DNA from: Octopus bimaculoides
Lineage: Eukaryota
Length of the DNA: 63,868 bases
NCBI RefSeq assembly: GCF_001194135.2
Contig: NC_068981.1
Location: forward strand, 64,667,874 to 64,731,741
Reading direction: 5' to 3'
Numbering within the stretch: the first letter of the stretch is position 1; each line of letters starts with the position of its first letter. The position numbers and the translations under genes are program-made. The notes beneath the pieces are model-generated. The model saw nothing but the letters and a program-made list of their open reading frames with translations. It searched no databases and was not told the origin of the DNA. Positions 1 to 13,935 of this stretch are shown here, one piece after another.

Positions 1-541
1 CACACATACATATTTAGCCACGATCTTTTACTTACATGCACTTCTATTTCCATTTTAGTTTTTATATATCATTTTAATGTTCCTTCAGAGGTTTTGTGTA
101 GGGTGTTCCATTTACCAATGCCTTACGGATGATTACCGCTTCGCTAGACCGAAGTCTCGTATGATCTCCCCAAGGATTTCAAGAAATCAATTAAACTTGG
201 TGCTTGGGCTGAAGCCCGACTGGTGTCAAAGAAATTGAATTTTTTTTTTTTCTTCGGTTGTTTACTTTATTTTTTGCCTCTGTCCTTGTGGATGATATTG
301 CTTCTGTAAAAGTTCATTTTTTGTTGTTGTTCTTGTACACGTTGTTTTTACTATAGTTTACATAATGTTTGCCTTCATTTTATTCTGACTATTGCTTGTT
401 TGCGTCTTCTAATTCTAATGTTAAAGTATACATATATACATACATACATATATGTATGTGATGAGTATTTTACATATATATATAGATATATATATATATA
501 TACGCATACATGTATAGGTGCACATATATATGTATATATAT

Positions 542-627
<86 letters not shown>

Positions 628-804
628 GCATGCATGTATGTATGTTGTATGTATGACATATACATATATATTATTTTTATACTGCATGTATTATATTATA
701 TTGTTACATTATATTATATTATATGTATAACCTCTATAACTAAGATTATATGATTTATACACACGAATACATATATATATGTATATATATACTCGCGCAC
801 ACGC

Positions 805-843
<39 letters not shown>

Positions 844-865
844 CATACATACATANNNNNNNNNN

Positions 866-929
<64 letters not shown>

Positions 930-1030
930 GCGCGCACACGCATATATATATATATATATATGTGTATGTATGCATGTATTCGTGTGATAAATTGTATAAT
1001 CTTAGTTATAGAAGTTATACATATACTATA

Positions 1031-1133
<103 letters not shown>

Positions 1134-1685
1134 TAGACATAGGTACATATATATCTATATGAATGGCATATGCATTTAAGAAATGTAGATGCGAGAGCTA
1201 TGATATTGGGTGAGAGAAATTTGTTTGGTTCACACCCAAAATTTCATTTTTTATTTGCAAAGCATCAATTCCAAAACTGTATTGATTATGTCTGTTTCGT
1301 TCTCGAAGCAAATGATGTACTTTCCTGATGCTGTTTTTCATTATTATGAACTAAATCCCTTGTAATATTTTGTTAAGTATTAAGAATTATAGTTGTTTTA
1401 CAAATACTTTTATATTGATATTTTTGTAATACTATCATTGTTATTGTTAAAATTTTGTTTAGCTTCGTACAAAACAACACCTTTTGAATTTGGAGAATAG
1501 ATCCTATTGCATTGACTCAATAAAAAGTAGGCTCTTATGCTACCAACAGGATTTGGTCTTGAGAGGTATTTGTAGTGAAAGCCGTTAATGTAGTTTTAAA
1601 TGTAAACGCTGCAGGATATCTACGTTCCAAGTTAAAAATTTCAATTACTTTTATAACTATATATATATATTAATCCTTTCTATTA

Positions 1686-1888
1686 TAAGCACAAGACCTG
1701 AAATGTGAGGGAGGGGGTCCAGTCGATTAAATCAACCGCAGTACTTAACTGGTACTTAATTTTTCACCCCGAAAGGATGAAAGATAAAGTTGACCTCAGC
1801 GGGATTTGAACTCAGAGCGTAGTGACAGGCGAAATACCGCTAAGCATTTCATCCAGCGTGCTAAGAATTTTGTCAGCTCGCTGCCTTG
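1686..1888 (-). mobile_element. SINE family A copy, tail type ii
   Basis: The reverse complement aligns with the near-consensus copy at 56207-56440: aaggcagcgagctgac...atgcttagcggtatttcgcctgtcactacgctctgagttcaaat...tttcatcctttcgggg. B-box-like GTTCAAAT is present. Confidence 0.9.
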
Positions 1889-2153
1889 TAACTATATATA
1901 GTAATGATTTCTAATATAATGGATGTACGTCTACAGAAGTTTGTTTCAATGAATAAATGAATACAGCTACCCCAGTACTTGACTGGTACTCTTACTACAT
2001 CGATCCAGACGAATGGTATTTTACTTCGTATGAGTTATTCGAGAATGGAAAGATACGTAACTAAATAATATAGAATATTTTTTCACGCACAAAGAATTTA
2101 AACAAGTCCCTTAAATTAATGTTTATCATAATTAGTATTAATATTTGTTATCA

Positions 2154-2374
2154 TAAGGCGCCGAGCTGGCAGAATCGTTAGCACGCCGGGCAAAATGTTT
2201 CGCGGCATTTCGTCAGTCTTTACGTTCTGAATTTAAATTTCGCTGAGATTGACTTTTCCTTTCATCCTTTCAGGTCGATAAAAATAGGTACCAGTTGAGC
2301 CCTGGAGTTGATGTAGCCGACTTAACCCCCTTCTCCTCAGCTTGCTGGCCGTGTGCCAAAATTTGAAATCAATA
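2154..2374 (+). mobile_element. SINE family A copy, tail type ii
   Basis: Starts taaggcgccgagctggcagaatcgttagcacgccgggc, has the tttcatcctttc core, and ends ttgctggccgtgtgccaaaatttgaaatcaat. Confidence 0.92.
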
Positions 2375-2699
2375 TTTTTCATTATAATATTTTTCGTTGT
2401 TATAAGCTCTTTCAGTCATTTTTCTAGTTCTAGTGACTTCGTTGTAATTTAGCTAGGCCACAATATTAGTGTTCCAGCATCACCATTAGTTTAGAGTATT
2501 TGGTGAATGAGAGGCGTTCATGTCTCTAACATATCTTTTACAATCATGTAGGTTAAAATGGCATCTTAATAAAATAGCCAGGTGTTGTTGACACTATTGC
2601 AGATAAATGATATCTATTGCATATAGACATCTATTGCCTATTTTTTTTTTTAAGCTTTTTGCACGCTATGATAGTGCCATGGTTTCTTGAACCTGTGGC

Positions 2700-3330
2700 T
2701 ATTGCTGCAGAAATATAAAGTAAATATATACATATGATAAACTATACGAGCGTGTGTTATTAGTAAGAATAATTTTAACCTCACCGAGAAAACTAGACAC
2801 CGCGGTTAAATCACAGCCTTTTCATTCTGTGACCAGAAAAGAAAAAAAAAAGGAGATTGATCTGATTATTTTCAGCATTTCAATGTTGTTTTTTATCTTT
2901 GAATCTTAAGATATAAAGATTTTGTATATGCCAGATTTGGACTATGTTCTCCTGAATCAACAATAGGAGTTATATATTAGCGCCTTTATGGTACATCCGC
3001 CATTAAATTGGCAGGATATGATACTGCTCCAATTGTATATTAGCAATTAGATTTTCACTGTTCCTATTTCTATAACTTATGTTGCGGAATCCTATTTATT
3101 CTACCATAACATGATTTCCAAGGAACTGTATCCAATTTTAACCTTATTCTTACTAAAGAGCTTATGATATTTACGACTAGTAATGAAATATTTTTTATAT
3201 CAATGACAGAAAACGTCTAGCTATAGTAGATATATTTTTACTATAAGGGCCTGTTAATCCAGATGATAGGTCTTTTCGTAGTGCCACCATTTTATGGAGT
3301 TTCTTGGCTCTTGTTTGTTTTTTTACGAAA
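2700..3330 (-). mobile_element. Decayed Penelope-like element: RT C-terminus, linker and GIY-YIG-proximal fragment
   Basis: Minus-strand translation with frameshifts gives PYSKNISTIARRFLSLI (ends 3195), KYFITSRKYHKLFSKNKVKIGYSS (3121-3195) and CQFNGGC..ALIY (about 2975-3015). These match the PLE motif series PPYSxNVxTNIGxxFLxLI-xKHFxxxHKxHKIFNKNxVKxSYSC and CPLxGxC. Confidence 0.75.
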
Positions 3331-3669
3331 TGGCAGAAATAATAAAAGGTACATGATATGATATATCCTATCCTTCCCAACCCTTATGGTAGGAGTGTAT
3401 GATCCAACATTACTAGACATCTCTTGTCAATGATAAAAAATATATATTTCCCTCGCAGCCATAAATATGATAAGCTATTTCTTTGCTTATCATATTTGCG
3501 ACGGAGTGAATCATAAACAATGAACAAATGAATAAACTTTACTACATATATGGAATACTCTTTCCCCAGATTCTATATCCAAACGAATAGATGCGTGAGT
3601 GTGTGTATATGTGCGTGTATGTTTGTATTTGTATGTGTGTATATGTTTATACGTGTATATGTGTGTACG

Positions 3670-3746
<77 letters not shown>

Positions 3747-4040
3747 GTGTGTGTGTGTGGAAAAAGATCGATAAGCGAATATCAGATAAAATGTTTGCAG
3801 GGTGAACAATGTTAGAAACTCATTAGCTCGTGGGAAAGCTCTTGGGTGTTAACTATGAGGCGCAGTTTCGATTTCCTCCCTGCCTCCTTTTCCTTTTTAT
3901 TTTCAACGATTTATTTCGACTTCATTTTGTTTCTGTCATTTTTTTTTATTCTTGTTTCTGTATTTTATATTGGAATATATTTATATAATTCATATATGCA
4001 GACATACATGCACACATATATAAATACATATATACATTCA

Positions 4041-4115
<75 letters not shown>

Positions 4116-5499
4116 GAATGTATATATGTATATATATGTATGTATATGTATGTATATATACACACACATACATACATGCTTATGTATATATGTATACATA
4201 CACACAGAACACACATATATACATATAAGCACACACACACACACACACACAGATATATACATTGCTAGTGGTTTAGCAGTATTTTGTGCTTATATATCTA
4301 TAGATTTTTAGACAACACTGTATATAAAGAGATATGTGAGCACTTTGTAGCAAATACCATCGTAAAAGAGATCTATCCAATTTTTTTAGACCCCTAATAA
4401 ATAGTAGATTTTAAATGATTAAAGAGGGTACTCAGTTGCGGAAGAAATCCTAACTTATGGTTTTAATTCTTGCGACTGATCCGTCATTTACTGTCCTCAA
4501 TTATATATACCACTATTTATACATACGCTGTTGGTTAAATTTCATGCATATATTCTGTAATACTGCTTAGTTTTGAAACATTGTTAAAGCACGAGTATTT
4601 TATTAATCAAATTAACTGCCAACGATGTATTTATTACATTAGAAGGGTTCACGGTGTTGCCTCGGAAATAAAACATTCAGTTGTTGCGTTAAATAATAGT
4701 AATTCTGCATAAAATCACTGTTTTAAACACTTATATTATTTGTAACAGAGGCATACTCTTTCAGTATCTCACAATTAAAGTACTCTGTGTGTGAATGTGT
4801 GTGTGTGTTCTGTGTGTGTGTATGTGTGTGTGTTCTGTGTTTTGTGTAGGTGTGTGTGCGTGGCTTTGTGGTTGTGCTTATATCCCAGCAACGTTCGACA
4901 CCCGGTGTTGGTTTGTTTATATCTCTATATTATAATAAGTACTAAGCTTAAACGAAAAAAAAGAAGTGCTGGACAGATTTGTTCGTCTAAACCCTTCAAG
5001 TTGATTCTCAGCACCGCTGTATTCCAATTACTGAAACAAGCTATATATATATATACATTTATTTATTTATTTATTTATGCCTATGCAATAAAATCTTTTC
5101 CAGCGTGTTTTGAATTTTTAATTCATTTATGTTTAGAATTTGTCTTACACATTTGACATAACGATTTTCTATAAAAATGAATAACAAATTCAATTCTTAT
5201 CAATTATTTTCTGCCTGCATATAACTTTAAGTCTAAACCCTAACTCTTCCCCCACCCAAGGCTCTAAGCCTAACCCCAAAATCCAACTTTAAACTCCTAA
5301 ACTTAAAACGAACAGTAAACTAAATTTTTTCATGCAGTATTACAATTTCCTATTTTGTAGATCTCGTCAGAAAAATCGTTTGGAAAAAGTGTCAAAATGA
5401 ATAAGATTCTGCAGATTTCAATCTCAGAAACGGACCGATTGACGACTAACAAAAATTGAAAGCAAAAGAGAAATTGCCTCAAAACAAAGGGTAAAAATC

Positions 5500-5870
5500 T
5501 ATGCAAGAGAAATTCAAATTGGACAAGTCTGCCAATGTATTTTCTTCAATTTATTTATAAGTTAATCGAAATATATATCATTTAATAGAGGTACAGATAT
5601 AAGGTGATGAACCTTATATCTATAACAGTATTCGTTCACTCACATACAACTATATCCCTATAACTAAAACAAAAAATCTCTCAAATATTATCATTTCTAA
5701 AAATTAACATTGAAAAATGGTTTGGCATCATCTCTAAAAATAGCCAAACACCTACTGCTGCTATCCAAAGGAATGTGCATAAAAGACAAAAGGACAGCCA
5801 GTCAACTACAGTACATCTGTCAGACGGGACCTTGATGACTGCTATAAAGCAGGAAAGTATACTAGCCCTT
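5500..5870 (+). pseudogene. Possible decayed piggyBac-like transposase 3' end (Cys-rich C-terminus)
   Basis: Frameshifted pieces MCIKDKR...QYICQ and DDCYKA resemble the CxxC..R..YxCxxC..LC..CFxxYH C-terminal domain. Heavily degraded, so the assignment is tentative. Confidence 0.3.
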
Positions 5871-6796
5871 ATATATTTAATACTCTATATTTAATACTCA
5901 ATATTTCATATATTCAATAAGACATTCAATACTTTATTTCATTTTACTATTTATATTATATATTCCATATTCTATATCACACATTAATTTTATAAGAATA
6001 TAAATAAAACATAAAAAACAGACAGAGCTGGAAGTCTTTCAAATAATNNNNNNNNNNNNNNNNNNNNNNNNNNNNNNNNNNNNNNNNNNNNNNNNNNNNN
6101 NNNNNNNNNNNNNNNNNNNNNNNNNNNNNNNNNNNNNNNNNNNNNNNNNNNNNNNNNNNNNNNNNNNNNNNNNNNNNNNNNNNNNNNNNNNNNNNNNNNN
6201 NNNNNNNNNNNNNNNNNNNNNNNNNNNNNNNNNNNNNNNNNNNNNNNNNNNNNNNNNNNNNNNNNNNNNNNNNNNNNNNNNNNNNNNNNNNNNNNNNNNN
6301 NNNNNNNNNNNNNNNNNNNNNNNNNNNNNNNNNNNNNNNNNNNNNNNNNNNNNNNNNNNNNNNNNNNNNNNNNNNNNNNNNNNNNNNNNNNNNNNNNNNN
6401 NNNNNNNNNNNNNNNNNNNNNNNNNNNNNNNNNNNNNNNNNNNNNNNNNNNNNNNNNNNNNNNNNNNNNNNNNNNNNNNNNNNNNNNNNNNNNNNNNNNN
6501 NNNNNNNNNNNNNNNNNNNNNNNNNNNNNNNNNNNNNNNNNNNNNNNNNNNNNNATTATCATTTCTAAAAATTAACATTGAAAAATGGTTTGGCATCATC
6601 TCTAAAAATAGCCAAACACCTACTGCTGCTATCCAAAGGAATGTGCATAAAAGACAAAAGGACAGCCAGTCAACTACAGTACATCTGTCAGACGGGACCT
6701 TGATGACTGCTATAAAGCAGGAAAGTATACTAGCCCTTATATATTTAATACTCAATATTTCATATATTCAATAAGACATTCAATACTTTATTTCAT
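5687..6796 (+). repeat. Direct duplication of about 250 bp flanking the 6048-6554 gap (5687-5942 and 6555-6796)
   Basis: The copies are identical except for one extra 14-bp unit (tatatttaatactc) in the first. They diverge after tactttatttcat. Confidence 0.93.
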
Positions 6797-7920
6797 AAAT
6801 ATTTGCCATAAAGGCATTACAAAGAGGGGACGAACAAGGACAGACAAACACAAAAGGAGTGAAGTAGCTGTATCGATTAAATATTTACAATTTTATATAT
6901 ACAATAAAAATTGGATTATATTTACAATGTTCGATTGAAGCATTGCTCATTACAGATGCAATTTGTAATGGCTTTCCTGAAGGATTGGCATACGACCACC
7001 AGACGCCTATAAAAATTATAGGATTTTTAAAAAATCAAATGGATGTGAGGATCCAATCAAGTAAAATAGGAATCATAAAGGTGAGGTGGCATAGGTAAAA
7101 AAAAATGGTTACGAAACATTGCTGAATGTTCTGCAAGTAGTAACCGAATTTCCTTCCCCGACACTCCACCGTCTTCAAAGAAATTCGAATGACGCATTGA
7201 ATAATGTAGTCCTAGATACACTGCGACTAAAAAAAAAAAAGAGTCCAGTACTTCAATTCACAATAGCTGATCTCAATTTACACTTTGCACAATATCCTTT
7301 CCTTTCTTATAGAATTAAAATGTATTTTTGAATGGTATTTAGCTGCTATCTCTAACAGATCGTGCGACCACATATATGCTTCCTCATTGGCTCAACCCTC
7401 CTACGTAGGTCTGTATTTTTTTTTTTATTTGTTTTTTGCTTATTTGGGGGTTTTTTCCATTCATATCTACTCACAATCTCACTTTCACACATATTCATAT
7501 CGTATTTCCAATATTTATTATTTATTTATTTGCTGCTTATAATGGATAATGAGCAGCTTTTTTGTTTTCTTTATTATTTCCCTTTTTCCCATTTCTCTGA
7601 TCGATGTTACCATAAAATATAAAATATAAAATAAAATAGAGTAAAAATAAGCCAAAAAATCGCAGAATATTCTCATTTTTTTGATCAGGAACAGATACCC
7701 ACACTCTGACATACTCTTCGAAATGTCTCTACAAGAAGCTGATATTCATTACGGAACATTATTTTTTTCCTTTACATTTTTTCTCAGGTCCTTAATATTT
7801 TATCCCTCAAAACATTTCGAGCTAATGACTTCCCATCTAGGACCATCTATTAGTTCTGTTTTCATATGTATCTTTAATCATTGCATTTCCTCATTATATA
7901 TGTGTATAAATATATGTATG

Positions 7921-8048
<128 letters not shown>

Positions 8049-9287
8049 TGTGTGTGTAAGACTATCTGTTTTTCACAGGACTGCTACATATTTATTTTTT
8101 ATTTTTGTTTTTATCACTTATTCCTTTCAAATCTCACCCGACACATATATATATATAAAAAAATATTCTGCTCTAGTCTATAAGTCTCTCATGTCCTGTT
8201 GCTTGATTCTTTCTCTCCGTTTTGTTTTACAAAACACGTTTCTGTTTTGTTTTTTTCTTTGTTTTTTGGGGGTTTTTTTCATACATATTTACGTTCTTTT
8301 ACAATTTTTCTCCTTCAGAATATCTCCGTTCTCTAACGATAGATTTTTTTTCTATATATACATTTCATTCCATTTTTTCCCCACTTTCGTTCTTTTCGTC
8401 CGTCTTACTCGCACCAAAATGTGCATCTGCGTGTCGATTAGTATTCCTCATTAGGTCGAGTTGAAATCGTTTTAGATGAAGAATGAAATATTGAATTCTG
8501 ACGGCACATTAGTAATTTTATATGTTATCTCTAGTTTACAATATGGCTGTGAATCCCTACGAACAACCAAACATTACTCACTCGTCCATTCATGTGAATG
8601 GGTTTTTTGCTACAATAGGCACCCTCTCAATCATTTTCATGCTATATCATCTTCCATGATGATCCCCTTTCATTCATGCTTTATCTCTTTTTTTCTCATA
8701 TGTGCGTAAGTTGTATGAGTATATATGTACACATGTGTGTGCATATGTGTTTGTATGTGGGATTTCGATATATATATGTGTTGAACGCAACACTTTCCCA
8801 CCAATCTAATCTTAGGCATGATACCACCAAGTGCTTGATAAATAGTCAAGAACAAGTTTAAAGTTTTGGAGCAGTACATCAGTTTACAGGATAGATATGG
8901 AAAACAGAATAAACATCAGAAAAGCAATATTGAAAAAGCTCAAGTGAAAATACCTATTTAGAGGTGGTCTAGTTTCTGTTTCTGTAAACTGGACTCGTGA
9001 CTTGCTTCGTTGGTTAGCTTCATGAAGCGAAACTATGAGATACTACCGCGCAGGTACAACACGGCTTTTGTTTGGTCACCATTTCAAAGGAATAAAGATA
9101 TGAATCGCATGAAGTGAATGAAATATCGATTTAAACTTTGTAGTTATTTTGTTAAGGTAAGAACATCTCTGAAGATGACACAACTGTTTGGTAGAAAATA
9201 AAGCAGAGAACGGAGAAGGAACGTTTAATATGGAGTTTAAACATGCATCGAATGCATTAATCTACAGTTTTGACGACTCGACGTGGT

Positions 9288-9329
<42 letters not shown>

Positions 9330-9489
9330 TGAGTCTGTGTATGTGTGTTTTTGCGTGTATGTGTGCCATTGTGTGTGCGTATGTGTGAGGGTGTATCTGT
9401 GTGTTTGTCTGTGAGTCGATGGTGTGGTGATGGTGGTGGGGGTGCTCAGCAGCCATCATCAGTGATGGCTATATTTTCCGTGCAGATAG

Positions 9490-10055
9490 ATTTATCAGGA
9501 AAGTTTCTAAAGCTTACCGCCAATATATATTAATACATATCTGCTATCTGAAATCATGTATACCAAATACATATTTGTAAATTTATTGAATATTGAATAT
9601 ATAATTTGCACTCTACAAAGTCGGCATCAGGTACAGCAACGACTTTCTGAAGGGAAAGTCGTATATGCAGAAGGAGGCAGTGTCCACTATTTAGTGCAAT
9701 AAAGCTTTCTTCGTTACCGAAATTTAATCTATGATTTTTCAGGATCTTCTATAGATAATTAACAAACCATCGTTAAAAGAAGCAAACACAGACTACTTTC
9801 AGACGTTTTCTTTTAACTGAAGTTATTTTATTTGTAAGCGTTCTCTATGACACATCAATTAAATTAATACTGTAAATTAATACTGAGTGTGTTGGAGATG
9901 ATAATCGTGAACAATAGATTAATGTACTCAAAACTAAGATTTTCCATTAATTGATAATTTCTACTGGTTCTCCCGTGGGCAAAAATCATAGGATCCATCT
10001 TAAGGTATGTCACCATCCAGAAATCAGGACATTTGAATGTCTGATGAAAGATACC

Positions 10056-10086
<31 letters not shown>

Positions 10087-11060
10087 TTTGAGATTACTAT
10101 TTCTAAATCTCATCTCGCATCAAAGGTTGTAATAGTTAATCAGGGTGGTGCCTAATCATCTTATTCTCATTCGCCCATTGATAGCTCTAGATTTAGTTCA
10201 TCCTAAAATATGTCAATATCTTCTACAGTTCTGAGTGAATTATCTGTGTGTTTATGCCAGAAAGTATGATAGTGAATAATAGTGACCGTAGATGTGTGCT
10301 TTGATGTACACAATTTACAATAGATAACTTGGCAGAGAGAAAATAGTTCGCATGAACAAATTATTTCCAGCCTTGTAAAAAAAAAATAATGAGACATACA
10401 CCGAGTTTTCCAGTTATACTGAGATTAATTATGTATGATAGATGTTTCCGTGATTAATCTTGTCGAAAGCTTCATCAGAATCAAGGTATATGCAATTAGT
10501 GTCCTTACCATTTTGGAGTTTGTTAAGAGTGTTGTTGTAGCGTTGTAGTAACCTTGTCAGGTAGCTGCATCCTATTTGAAAACTATGGAATGTATCTTCT
10601 AAGAGATTTTCTTCAAGATAGCTGATTGCTCTTTGCCGGACATTTCTCAAACCTGTAGGATGCAAGTGAAACAAAGTCAGCAATTTTTCTTGTCTCACAT
10701 CTGTAGCCTCCTTTGTGGATAGGTGTTGCTTGTTACTGTAACATTTTTTTTTCTTGTAGATTTTGGAATACGCCGGTCTCTAGAGAGATTTGTAATAGCA
10801 TTGACATTGATATATAACACGCACCCATGCACACACACACACACACATACGCACCCGCACTTTTCTTTTAAACATGTACTGAAAATTCTATGTTTTAATT
10901 CAATATCGTTTTTCTTTTTTGTATCTACTTATCAGATTGTTATAGTTCGTTTGGAAGTTCTTAAATTTATCTTTTTCAACGTTTCCAGGTTATTGCAGCC
11001 TCATATTCAGGAAGGGAGTGAGGTGAGTAGCTCTTCTGCTGCTCTATTCATAGCTTGCTG
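9490..11060 (-). mobile_element. Decayed CR1-clade LINE, RT domain to ORF2 C-terminus
   Basis: Minus-strand motifs in colinear order: ISLETG..PIHKGG (about 10707-10790), HSFQIGCSYLTRLL..CIYLDSDEAFDKINH (10443-10590), QSTHLRSLLFTIIL (the GVPQGTVLGPLLF equivalent, about 10262-10305), RWIL..WKILVLSTLIYCS (about 9900-10000) and NFPDK (about 9495). Many stops and frameshifts. Confidence 0.85.
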
Positions 11061-11872
11061 TTTCAAGCGTGTATTTTGAATTTACTGTACCCTGTGTAAC
11101 TTTTGCGTAAATCAGTAAATGTTTCATTTACCGATTTCTATATCGGAACAAGTATGTTTGGCTTCGCAGTAAACATTTGAAGATACATCAGTCGAAGCTC
11201 TATGTCTGGCGATCCACCGGCTTTCCGAGGGTACCCTGTGTTTTTAACACATAAGTCTCTCATTGAGGCAAAATATTACAGCTAGACCCTTCAAAGTTTG
11301 TATGCACATTAGAAATGTTATCCACTCCCGTATTTTAATGTTACTTAACGATGGCAGCATTGTTTCGTCTATTTAATTCTTCTTGTAAACCGATGGCTAA
11401 TACATAACATGTAGTAAGAATGATAACTTAAATTTACAAACAATATATCACCCATGAGCTATATCGATGAAATTTAAGTCTATAAAACGTGAGTCAACAG
11501 ACAATGGAGTAAAGGAACAATTTTCACTCTGACTTACATGAAAGATTTAGGCAAATGCTGCAAGAAAAATTTAAAAGACGCTTTTTTCAAAATTACAAAA
11601 CAGATTACTAGACTTCAACTAGATATGAACATTCATCACTAGATTTACACTAACAAATAGGAGATTACTTCTATCACAAGGCCTCCGATTTGTGGTTAAT
11701 GAACGTTCCATTATATCGCCCCCAGGACTTGACTAATATTTTAGTTCATCTATCCTGAAAAAATGAACAGTAAGGATCTTAGCAGAAAATGAAATCAGAT
11801 GCTAATGAACCGTAAATAAATGCGGCGAAGAAAATTTCTCCGACGCTCTCTAAAAACGACAGCTAATCATTA

Positions 11873-12048
11873 ATTTCGAATTTTGGCACAAGGCCAGCAA
11901 TTTGAACTGGTACTTCTTTTGTCGACCCCGAAAAGATGAAAGGCAATGTCGACCACGGTGGAATGTGAACTCAGAACGTAAAGTCTGACGAAACACCGCT
12001 AAGCATGTTGCTCGCCATGCTAACGATTCTGCCAGCTCGCCGCCTTAC
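11873..12048 (-). mobile_element. SINE family A copy, tail type ii; a more decayed piece lies at 11690-11830
   Basis: The reverse complement starts taaggcggcgagctggcagaatcgttagcatggcg and ends ttgctggccttgtgccaaaattcgaaatt. Confidence 0.9.
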
Positions 12049-12681
12049 GACAGCTAATTAGCATTACGCCAAGAAAGTTATTATAGCAATGAAATTTATC
12101 TACAGCAGCACCACCAATACCAACACCAAAGTATAACCTTCATCATCGCCATTGACATATTCGTAATAAAAAAAAAAATCATCATCGTTATTGACTGTGT
12201 TCTGTTTTTAGTGTTAGTTTCATTCTGACATTTTGAAAATCATTTCTTTTAATGTATTTTCACTCGTTTCAGTAAATTTTAGCGTCTGTTTTACATCATT
12301 TGCAGTGAATAGTCGCTGCTGCAGTTTGCTGTATGTACATATATCATCAAGACGTGTAGACGTGTAAAGATACAGACATCCGCAGCTAAAATATGATCTC
12401 TCACATTCCACATCTGATATACACAATATAACAAAATATAAAAGGAATAAAGTATAACGAATAAGTAATGTAATACATCTTTGAAACGAAATCGGAGAGA
12501 CGCTGAGTTGTACAGCGAAATATAGAAGTCTCATGGTCAGTAGGTCTCTAAAACCTTTGTGTGTTTACTGGTAAAAAGATAGTGTACGTGTCTATGATGT
12601 GTTTGTATACACACAGAGTATGTGTATATATATATGTGCGTGTGTATGCATATATATATATGCATGCATGTATACACACAT

Positions 12682-12758
<77 letters not shown>

Positions 12759-12975
12759 GGACAAAATCCAAAATTACAGGTAAAAAACTCAATTAAAATC
12801 AATCTTTTTTATTATATTTATCTTATGATATTTACTTTACTTTATATTATACTCATTTATTGTGCTTTTAATTATTAATTTTTCAATATGTGATAGTGGA
12901 TTTTCATCGATGAGTTCTTGAAAATTGATTATTTTCCCTAAAACTATATATATATATACATACATATGTATAGTA

Positions 12976-13476
12976 TATATAAATCGCAGTATGTGTGTGT
13001 ATAATAACTAAGGCACACATTTCCAAAATTCTCAATCGATTTTCTCCAAACTTTGCACACATGTCACTTATGTCCCAAGAATGGTCATGCACTATAACAT
13101 TTTGCCCAGAGCTCCCGCGTAAAGGAACGTAAATGGACGTAAGCTTTTTGCATGTAGTGTCTTCCATACTCTTTTAGTATTTTTATAAAAGTGAAAGGAT
13201 TTTGTCTATTTATTTATTTCCACTGTCCACCTATATAAATCACAGTATGTGTGTGTTTGTCTAACGCATACATTTCCACAATTCTCAACCAATTCTCACC
13301 AAGCTTAACACATATTAGTTATGCCCTAACGATGGTCATGCACTATAACATTTTGCCCAGAGCTCCTGCGTAACTGAATATAAATGGACATAGTTTTTTG
13401 TATGTAGAGTCTTCCATGCCTTTTAATCTTTTTATAAAAGTGAAAGAATTTTGACCATTTATTTCCGCTGTCCACC
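12976..13476 (+). mobile_element. Tandem dimer of a ~250-bp Helitron-like non-autonomous unit
   Basis: Units start tatataaatc at 12976 and 13232 (period 256) and both end ctgtccacc. They share ggtcatgcactataacattttgcccagagctc and ttttataaaagtgaaag. The 5' tatataaa-(GT)n-ttctcaa..ttctc.ccaa layout resembles Helitron/Helentron-associated elements (inference). Confidence 0.6.
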
Positions 13477-13761
13477 TACGATTCACCATGAACACTGTAC
13501 GCGATGAATATCCAATTCTAAACCATCTTAGTCTACATATTTAAACTGCATTAAACTTTGGCAAGCTTACCTTTACCTATTCTGAGTTACTTGAAAGGTA
13601 AAGTTCCCTTCCCTCTCTTCTATTTGTTGATATCTTTGCTTACCTTTGATACCGTTGCATCACTTTAAGGATGTTTATTTACCCATCCATTATGGTATTT
13701 CGACCGTTGTCCATTGATTCAAATGTGTTTTAGTATTGTCGTTCTAGCCCTTTTTAAACAA

Positions 13762-13935
13762 TCAACCAATGCTGGTGGGTTTAATGTCCTCGTAACATTG
13801 CGGTTCGGCAAAAGAACCGATAGAATACGTACTGGGCTTACAAAGAATAATTCCTGGGGTTGATTTGCTCGACTAAAGGTGGTGCCCCAGCATGGCCGCA
13901 TTCAAGTGACTGAAACAAGTAAAGAAAAAGAAAAG
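13762..13935 (+). mobile_element. SINE family B, 3' half
   Basis: gcggttcggcaaaagaaccgatagaata...gatttgctcgactaaaggtggtgccccagcatggccgc...tgactgaaacaagtaaag, matching the 3' half of the copy at 52465-52848. Confidence 0.9.

Noticed and set aside
5228-5305. cctaac/ccctaa motifs resembling telomeric repeats
   Set aside because: Only two or three scattered, non-tandem units, so it is not an interstitial telomeric array.
10989-11022. 34-nt exon-like segment with a good acceptor and a GTGAGT donor
   Set aside because: It lies antisense within the CR1 relic, is not a multiple of three, and has a stop in one frame. Chance splice-like signals are the simpler explanation.
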